Shown here: piece after piece, positions 26,590 through 32,000 of the stretch
Layout of the letters: the number at the start of each line of letters is the position of its first letter
How positions within the stretch are numbered: the stretch's first letter is position 1
Source of the DNA: Copranaerobaculum intestinale
GTDB taxonomy: Bacteria > Bacillota_I > Bacilli_A > Erysipelotrichales > Erysipelotrichaceae
Direction: 5' to 3'
NCBI RefSeq assembly: GCF_009831105.1
Contig: NZ_WUUQ01000002.1
Span: 150,001 to 182,000, forward strand
DNA length: 32,000 bases
The notes under the pieces: model-generated
Seen by the model: only the letters and a program-made list of their open reading frames with translations
Told to the model about the DNA's origin: nothing
Database searches by the model: none
Made by a program: the position numbers and the translations under genes

Positions 26590-26697
26590 AGAGGAGGAAA
26601 GCATCAGGCAAGATGGATTTCTTAAAAGTACATGATCTTTCATAAGAAACAGCAGAGCATGTATGAAAATTAGGGAAAAGAAAGAGGAGGTTACGTT

Positions 26698-27486
26698 ATG
26701 GAATTATATCAGGCTTTACTGATTGCGCTAACGGCCGCAATCGCACAATTTACATTCAACACGATGGGATTGATGCTGAATCGTCCATTGGTTTTGGCTC
26801 CTATTGTAGGACTTATCCTAGGCGATCTGCATCAGGGTATTATCATGGGTGCTGCCTTGGAATTGATTTTTCTGGGCGTTGTTTCGATTGGCGGATCAAC
26901 TCCGTCCGATGCCAACATGGGTTCGGTATTGGGGACGGCCTTTGCCATCAGCATGAGCAAAGGGGTTCAAGTCGCCTTGGCATTATCCGTTCCGATCGGT
27001 ATTCTGATGCAGATGATCACCTATTTAATTTATTTCTTCCGTTCCACAACGATGGACCGCGTTGAAGTGTATGCAGAGCGCGGCGAATTTAATAAAATCA
27101 CAATGCTTCATTTCGGACATCAGTTATTAGAAGTAGCTATCTATGGAATTTTGGCATTTTGTTCCCTGCAGTTTGGGGCTGGGGCAATGAAAAATTTGGT
27201 TGATTCCATCCCGGAGATCGTTATGACCGGATTGGATGTCGCATCACAAATGCTGCCGGCAGTCGGATTTGCATTGCTTATGAATATGCTTTGGAATAAA
27301 CAGCTCTGCATCTTTGTATTCTTTGGGTTCATCCTGGCTACCTATTTGGAACTGCCGATTATCGCCATTGCCGGGATCGCACTTACGATCGGCATCGTTA
27401 TGATTTTGACTGATATGAATATGAAGAGTACAAAAGCTGTTAATCAAGCACCGGTAAGTGCTGAGGAGGACTTCTTCAATGAATAA
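26698..27486 (+). CDS. PTS mannose/fructose/sorbose-family EIIC
   Basis: 262 aa polytopic membrane protein in the canonical position. GAALELIFLG and GGSTPSD are typical of EIIC-Man. GAGGAGG RBS. Confidence 0.8.
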   Translation: MELYQALLIALTAAIAQFTFNTMGLMLNRPLVLAPIVGLILGDLHQGIIMGAALELIFLGVVSIGGSTPSDANMGSVLGTAFAISMSKGVQVALALSVPIGILMQMITYLIYFFRSTTMDRVEVYAERGEFNKITMLHFGHQLLEVAIYGILAFCSLQFGAGAMKNLVDSIPEIVMTGLDVASQMLPAVGFALLMNMLWNKQLCIFVFFGFILATYLELPIIAIAGIALTIGIVMILTDMNMKSTKAVNQAPVSAEEDFFNE

Positions 27487-28294
27487 AATGAGTTTGAGTA
27501 CAGATGAAAAAAAGCTGACCCGTACCCTCTTCTTGCGTTCTTTCATGCTGGAGGCTTCCTTCAACTTTGAAAAAATGCAGGCGTTGGGATTTGCCTGGGC
27601 GATGTTCCCGGTCATTAAAAAATTCTATCCAACCAAGGAGGAGCAGGTAGAAGCGCTAAAACGTCATACGGCTTTCTTCAATATTACGCCTTATATCGTG
27701 ACATTCTTACTAGGATTATCCGCATCGATGGAAAAAGAATATGCGGAAAATAAAAGCATTGATCCATCCATGATCAATGCCGTCAAGGTATCGCTGATGG
27801 GGCCGTTGTCCGGAATTGGTGATTCCTTCTTCTGGGGTACCTTCCGCGTAATCGCCGCCGGTGTCGGTATTTCATTATCCCAGCAGGGAAATATTTTGGG
27901 ACCGATCTTATTTCTATTGATCTTTAATGTTCCGCATTTATTGATTCGTTATTATTGTTCAGTGCTTGGTTATTCACTGGGTTCTAAATTTATCCAGAGC
28001 TCCTATGAGAACGGATTGATATCTCATATGACAAAGCTGGCAACGGTGATCGGTCTTACTACGGTCGGTGCTATGATTTCTACGATGGTTGTTTTCCAGG
28101 TCGGTTTTACGACGAAAATCGGCAGTATGAAATTTGTATTACAGGATATTTTTGATCAAATCGTACCGAATATTCTGCCATTGTCTTTGACCTTCTTCGT
28201 ATTCTGGCTGATCCGTAAAGGGGTTAAAGTAAATTATATCATCATCGGTGTATTTGCTTTTGGACTGCTTGGAACCTTAGTCGGTATTTTATAA
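27479..28294 (+). CDS. PTS mannose/fructose/sorbose-family EIID
   Basis: LTRTLFLRSFMLEASFNFEKMQALGF matches the conserved EIID N-terminus. The ATG at 27479 lies 8 nt after GAGGAGGA and overlaps EIIC by 8 nt. Confidence 0.85.
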   Translation: MNKMSLSTDEKKLTRTLFLRSFMLEASFNFEKMQALGFAWAMFPVIKKFYPTKEEQVEALKRHTAFFNITPYIVTFLLGLSASMEKEYAENKSIDPSMINAVKVSLMGPLSGIGDSFFWGTFRVIAAGVGISLSQQGNILGPILFLLIFNVPHLLIRYYCSVLGYSLGSKFIQSSYENGLISHMTKLATVIGLTTVGAMISTMVVFQVGFTTKIGSMKFVLQDIFDQIVPNILPLSLTFFVFWLIRKGVKVNYIIIGVFAFGLLGTLVGIL

Positions 28295-28346
28295 ATGCTT
28301 CCTCTCCGCAAGGAGAGGATGTATTATGATAGGAAGGAGGAATTTT

Positions 28347-29570
28347 ATGCAAATCATAAAGAGTCATGCAATTTATACGGAATCCGGCATTGTAGACGGT
28401 TATCTTGTTTTAAAGGATAAGCAAATTGATCGAATCTTAGACAAACGCGGTGAGCTTCCTGAAGGTTCGATCATTGATTATGGCTATCACCGTATTTTGC
28501 CGGGCATCATTGATTTGCACACGCATGGGTACCGATCCTTTGCGGCGCGAACCCTGCACTTTGAGGAATGCTTAGGATTTGCCCGGGTAATGCCCTCGAT
28601 CGGGGTAACGAGTTTTCTGCCGACAGTATGCGGGTGGAAGGAACATCAGATAGAAATGATCGAAGCAGTATCCAATGCGATCGCAGTACAAAAGCAGGGA
28701 GCGCGCATGCTGGGTATTCATATGGAAGGCCCGTATTTTCATCCCAGCCGACATAACGCGACACCTCTAACTGAGCTGAAAGAACCAAGTATCAAAGAAT
28801 TTGAGGATTGTCTGAACGCTTCTAAGGGATATCTGCGCTATGTAACCTTGGCTCCGGAACTGCCGCACGCACAGAAAGTTATAAAATGGTTGGATGAACA
28901 CCATATCATAGCCGGAGGCGGTCATACGACAGCGGATTATGAACAGTTTTCAGATGCAAAAGCAAATGGTATGAGGGTAAGCATCCATACCGGTAATGCG
29001 ATGAATCAGATGGATCGCCGTGAGATTGGACTTTTGGGCGGTGCGTTGGCTGATCCGGACATGTATTGTGAGATCAACTGTGATCTGGTTCATCTTTCCA
29101 AAGAAATGCTGGAAATCATGTTCCGGATTAAACAGAATTATGAACGATTTATTATGATTTCCGATTCGGATACGGTCAGCGGGATCGAGCCCGGCTATTA
29201 TCTGGTCGGCAATCAGCGAACCAGGGTTACAAAGGACGGCCGCATGCTGCTGGATGACGGGACGATTGCCGGAAGCTGCCGTAATATTTTATACGGGATC
29301 AGAAATCTGGCTGAAGAATTCCATATCCCATTGACGGATATTTTGAAAATGAGTTCGCTGAACGCGGCACGGCTGCTTAAAATCGATGATCATAAGGGTT
29401 CAATTTTGGAGGGAAAGGATGCTGATTTGGTAATCGTTGATGAAGCGTATGACGTCCTTGAAACCTATGTAGAAGGACAATCTGTTTATCAAGCGAATGA
29501 TGAATTGCCATCGAATCCGCGTTTTTGTGAAGAAGTGCCGATAATTTTTGAAAAGGAGGGTGCTATATGA
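28347..29570 (+). CDS. NagA-like amidohydrolase (N-acetylhexosamine-6-phosphate deacetylase family), paralog 1
   Basis: PGIIDLHTHG (HxH), LGIHMEGPYF, APE, GGGHTTA, HTGNAM, MISDS and G.ILEGKDADLVIVD follow the COG1820 pattern. Start at 28347 follows GAAGGAGG. The ORF track start is 28326. Confidence 0.7.
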   Translation: MQIIKSHAIYTESGIVDGYLVLKDKQIDRILDKRGELPEGSIIDYGYHRILPGIIDLHTHGYRSFAARTLHFEECLGFARVMPSIGVTSFLPTVCGWKEHQIEMIEAVSNAIAVQKQGARMLGIHMEGPYFHPSRHNATPLTELKEPSIKEFEDCLNASKGYLRYVTLAPELPHAQKVIKWLDEHHIIAGGGHTTADYEQFSDAKANGMRVSIHTGNAMNQMDRREIGLLGGALADPDMYCEINCDLVHLSKEMLEIMFRIKQNYERFIMISDSDTVSGIEPGYYLVGNQRTRVTKDGRMLLDDGTIAGSCRNILYGIRNLAEEFHIPLTDILKMSSLNAARLLKIDDHKGSILEGKDADLVIVDEAYDVLETYVEGQSVYQANDELPSNPRFCEEVPIIFEKEGAI

Positions 29571-30727
29571 TTATTCAGAGTGATGCAATTTACACAGAAA
29601 AAGGAAAATACAGCGGTTATATGGAAATTGAAAACGGACATTTTATCCGCTTTTTCGATAAACTACCCAAGCAGGAAGCAGTACTCGACTATCGTGGTTG
29701 CTTGATCCTGCCCGGCTTTATCGATATTCATACACATGGCTATGACGGTCATCATGCGCAGGCGGTGGATAAGCAGGAGCTGATCGCTTTAAAAAAATCT
29801 ATGACGAAGGCGGGTGTTACTGGCTTCTTGCCAACTGCCGGGGCTCATTTTGAACAGGAGTATGATAATCTGAAACAGCTGGCAGATTGTATTGAAGAAC
29901 AGGATTTTGATCATCCAATCGGTGCTCAAATGTTGGGGATACACATGGAAGGCCCTTTTTTGAATCCTGAACGCAGAGGTGCATTTCAACCGTATCAGCT
30001 GCTGCCGGCAGATATTCAAAAGGCATCTGCATATTTGGAAGCAAGCCGCCATCATATCGTTTATATGGCATTGGCACCGGAACTGGATCCTGACGGTAAA
30101 CTGATTCAATACCTGAAGGAACAGGGTGTAAAGACGGCCGGTGCTCATACGACTGCATCGTATGAAGAATATGAGCGTGGGATTCAGCAGGGTTTGTCAG
30201 CATCGACTCATACAGGAAACGGCATGTGTCAGATTGACCGCAGAAATGTCGGAGCACTTGGCGCTGCACTGTTAAATGATGATCTTTATTGTGAGGCGAT
30301 CTGTGATTTTCACCATGTTGACCCAAGGATGCTGGATATTATGTTTCGGGTAAAAAAGGATGGATGCCGCAAATTTATCATGATTTCCGATTCCACAGAA
30401 GTATCCGGTCTGCCAAAAGGAACCTATACTTCTGATGGCATGCAGGTAACCATTCAGGATAATGGGTTGATCCTGGATGAGGAGGGGACGATCATGGGCA
30501 GTGCTCATGATGTACTGTACGGTTTCCAGAACCTGAAAAATAAGATGAAACTGCCGATTGAAGATATTCTGATGATGACGTCACTAAATCCTGCTTCTTT
30601 ATTGGGAATAGCGGATCATAAAGGCAGTATTCTGGAAAATAAGGATGCGGATTTTATCATTCTGAATCAGAAGGATGAATTGCTGGCGACCTACGTACAG
30701 GGAAACTGTGTTTATCAAAAAGCATAG
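29567..30727 (+). CDS. NagA-like amidohydrolase, paralog 2
   Basis: The same motif series is present: PGFIDIHTHG, LGIHMEGPFL, APE, AGAHTTA, HTGNGM, MISDS and GSILENKDADFIILN. There is an ATGA start/stop overlap with paralog 1. Confidence 0.7.
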   Translation: MIIQSDAIYTEKGKYSGYMEIENGHFIRFFDKLPKQEAVLDYRGCLILPGFIDIHTHGYDGHHAQAVDKQELIALKKSMTKAGVTGFLPTAGAHFEQEYDNLKQLADCIEEQDFDHPIGAQMLGIHMEGPFLNPERRGAFQPYQLLPADIQKASAYLEASRHHIVYMALAPELDPDGKLIQYLKEQGVKTAGAHTTASYEEYERGIQQGLSASTHTGNGMCQIDRRNVGALGAALLNDDLYCEAICDFHHVDPRMLDIMFRVKKDGCRKFIMISDSTEVSGLPKGTYTSDGMQVTIQDNGLILDEEGTIMGSAHDVLYGFQNLKNKMKLPIEDILMMTSLNPASLLGIADHKGSILENKDADFIILNQKDELLATYVQGNCVYQKA

Positions 30728-30766
30728 CTTGAAGAGGGCATTGACTGTAAGTATTACATTACTTTT

Positions 30767-30797
30767 AAAGGCTGTATTGAAATCAGCCTTTTTTTAT
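30767..30797 (+). terminator. Rho-independent terminator ending the PTS/amidohydrolase operon
   Basis: AAAGGCTG (30767-30774) pairs with CAGCCTTT (30784-30791), followed by a T-run. Confidence 0.75.
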
Positions 30798-30860
30798 GCT
30801 TTGTATTTTGACCTTCCCCAAAAACTTGATTGCATAACATAGGACAAGTATCCCTACAAG

Positions 30861-30869
30861 TGATATAGT
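30861..30869 (+). promoter_or_regulatory. Candidate extended -10 (TGaTATAGT) for the rubredoxin-fusion gene
   Basis: TG at 30861-30862 and TATAGT at 30864-30869. AGGACA lies 17 nt upstream as a weak -35. Confidence 0.4.
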
Positions 30870-30881
30870 TAAAATAACATA

Positions 30882-30895
30882 TGTAAACGATTACA
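30882..30895. promoter_or_regulatory. cre-like (CcpA-type) operator
   Basis: TGTAAACGATTACA fits TGWAANCGNTNWCA at every specified position. It lies inside a larger palindrome ATATGTAA-acga-TTACATAT, between the candidate -10 and the RBS. Confidence 0.5.
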
Positions 30896-30915
30896 TATAT
30901 GGAGGAGGCTTTGCT

Positions 30916-31566
30916 ATGAAATATGTTTGTACAATATGCGGTTACATATACGATGAAGCCGCAGGCGCCTTAGAAAGCAGAATACCGCCTAATACCCCTT
31001 GGGATGCTCTGCCTTCCGATTGGGTCTGTCCGATTTGCGGCGCACCGAAAGATGTATTTGAAAAAGCGGAAGAGGAAGCACCTGCGGCAGTTAAGGATGA
31101 ACCTTTGACATCTTTTGATGCATCGTGGAATCAGTTGGCATTGAGTGCTTTGTGTTCCAATCTGGCAAAAGGCTGTGAAAAACAGTATCTTGCTGAAGAA
31201 GCAGCTTTATACAACCAGCTGGCTGCTTATTTTGAGACGAAAGCAGTGCCAAAGGAAGGCAATGTACAGGATCTTTTAAATCAGGTCGAACAGGATTTAA
31301 AGGAACTTTATCCGGCTGCTAAACAAGCTGCGGATGACGCCTATGATCGAGGGGCAAAGCGTATTCTGGTATGGAGTGAAAAAGTAAAACGGATCCAAGA
31401 ATCATTATTGAAACGATATGAAACAGAACAGCAAAATCTGATTAAGGATACCAAAGTGTATGTTTGTGAAATCTGCGGTTTTATTTATGTTGGAGATACA
31501 CCGCCTGAGGTATGTCCTGTCTGTAAAGTTCCCAGCTTTAAGCTGGTAGAAGTGGAAAGGGGTTGA
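30916..31566 (+). CDS. Rubredoxin / helical domain / rubrerythrin-type C-terminal rubredoxin-like fusion protein
   Basis: N-terminal [10 protein letters not shown]...[11 protein letters not shown] is a canonical rubredoxin. C-terminal CEICGFIY...CPVCKVP resembles a rubrerythrin C-terminal FeS4 domain. The intervening ~130 aa is helical and contains no His or ExxH. Confidence 0.7.
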   Translation: MKYVCTICGYIYDEAAGALESRIPPNTPWDALPSDWVCPICGAPKDVFEKAEEEAPAAVKDEPLTSFDASWNQLALSALCSNLAKGCEKQYLAEEAALYNQLAAYFETKAVPKEGNVQDLLNQVEQDLKELYPAAKQAADDAYDRGAKRILVWSEKVKRIQESLLKRYETEQQNLIKDTKVYVCEICGFIYVGDTPPEVCPVCKVPSFKLVEVERG

Positions 31567-31571
31567 AAGCC

Positions 31572-32000
31572 ATGTTTGCGGTAAGAACGATACGATTATG
31601 TACGAAGGATTGCTTATGTCTTTATGTGTGTCCTACGGGTGCCAGTGATACAGAGAACGGTCAGATTGATTGGAGTAAATGCATCGGCTGTGGTTTGTGT
31701 GCAAAGGCATGCCCCTCTCATGCAATTTCCATGGTACCGGAAAAATATCCTGCTCAGCAAAAAAAATCAGAAGCAGTTGAAAATACACTCAATGCTTTGA
31801 TTGAAAGTACGGTAAAACAGGAAGCAGTCGCAGGATATATTGCCCATACTTCTAAGGATCCGATCTTATCTCAGTTTGCGACAGCACTGAAAACTTCAAA
31901 TCGTTTAATGAGTGAGGATTTGTTTCGGGAAGCCGGCTACATGCTTCCGCAGAGTAAAAATGCTCATGCCTTTCTGCGATCTTTGTTGGATGATCCGGAG
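31572..32000 (+). CDS. 4Fe-4S cluster-binding protein, 3'-truncated at window edge
   Basis: Not in the ORF track because there is no stop in the window. Hand translation from the ATG at 31572 is open for 143 codons to base 32000. CTKDCLCLYVCP and the canonical CIGCGLCAKACP are present. It starts 5 nt after the previous gene. Confidence 0.6.
   Translation, partial: MFAVRTIRLCTKDCLCLYVCPTGASDTENGQIDWSKCIGCGLCAKACPSHAISMVPEKYPAQQKKSEAVENTLNALIESTVKQEAVAGYIAHTSKDPILSQFATALKTSNRLMSEDLFREAGYMLPQSKNAHAFLRSLLDDPE

Noticed and set aside
26613-26645. A ten-codon mini-ORF (MDFLKVHDLS) in the EIIB-EIIC gap.
   Set aside because: The ATG is about 14 nt from the orphan SD, which is too far. The ORF is very short and nothing supports it as coding. 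The gap is reported only as a structural oddity.
1-32000. A search for mobile elements, defence systems, CRISPR repeats and RNA genes.
   Set aside because: I recognised no transposase, integrase, recombinase, restriction-modification, toxin-antitoxin or nuclease-type ORF. There is no regularly spaced direct repeat array and no tRNA/rRNA-like region. All large intergenic regions are explained by promoters and terminators.

Overview
This is a low-GC, Bacillota-type chromosomal segment with about 30 genes, and most of it is housekeeping. I found no rRNA, tRNA, CRISPR array, transposase, integrase or phage gene.

Gene order, left to right:
- A 5'-truncated SAM methyltransferase.
- An operon of an ArAE/FUSC-type membrane protein with cysK and cysE.
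- asnA.
- An orphan TPR-like membrane protein.
- An SDR oxidoreductase on the minus strand.
- A monocistronic gene encoding three tandem RidA (YjgF/UK114) domains in one chain.
- rqcH on the minus strand.
- The conserved Firmicute cluster gmk-priA-rsmB-rlmN-prpC-prkC-rsgA-rpe-thiN. Here it lacks rpoZ/coaBC and def/fmt, and it carries PAP2-PadR-DUF2812 between priA and rsmB.
- A class I fructose-bisphosphate aldolase on the minus strand.
- A seven-gene unit made of a LevR-architecture regulator, a mannose-family PTS (EIIA, EIIB, EIIC, EIID) and two tandem paralogous NagA-like amidohydrolases.
- A rubredoxin / His-free helical / rubredoxin-like protein, followed by a 3'-truncated 4Fe-4S protein.

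The most unusual items:
1. The single-chain triple RidA.
2. The regulator-PTS-twin-deacetylase unit. Its regulator has lost the GAFTGA and Walker B signatures of sigma-54 activators, and I could find no -24/-12 promoter for it.

All functional calls come from motif recognition by eye. No database search was run.
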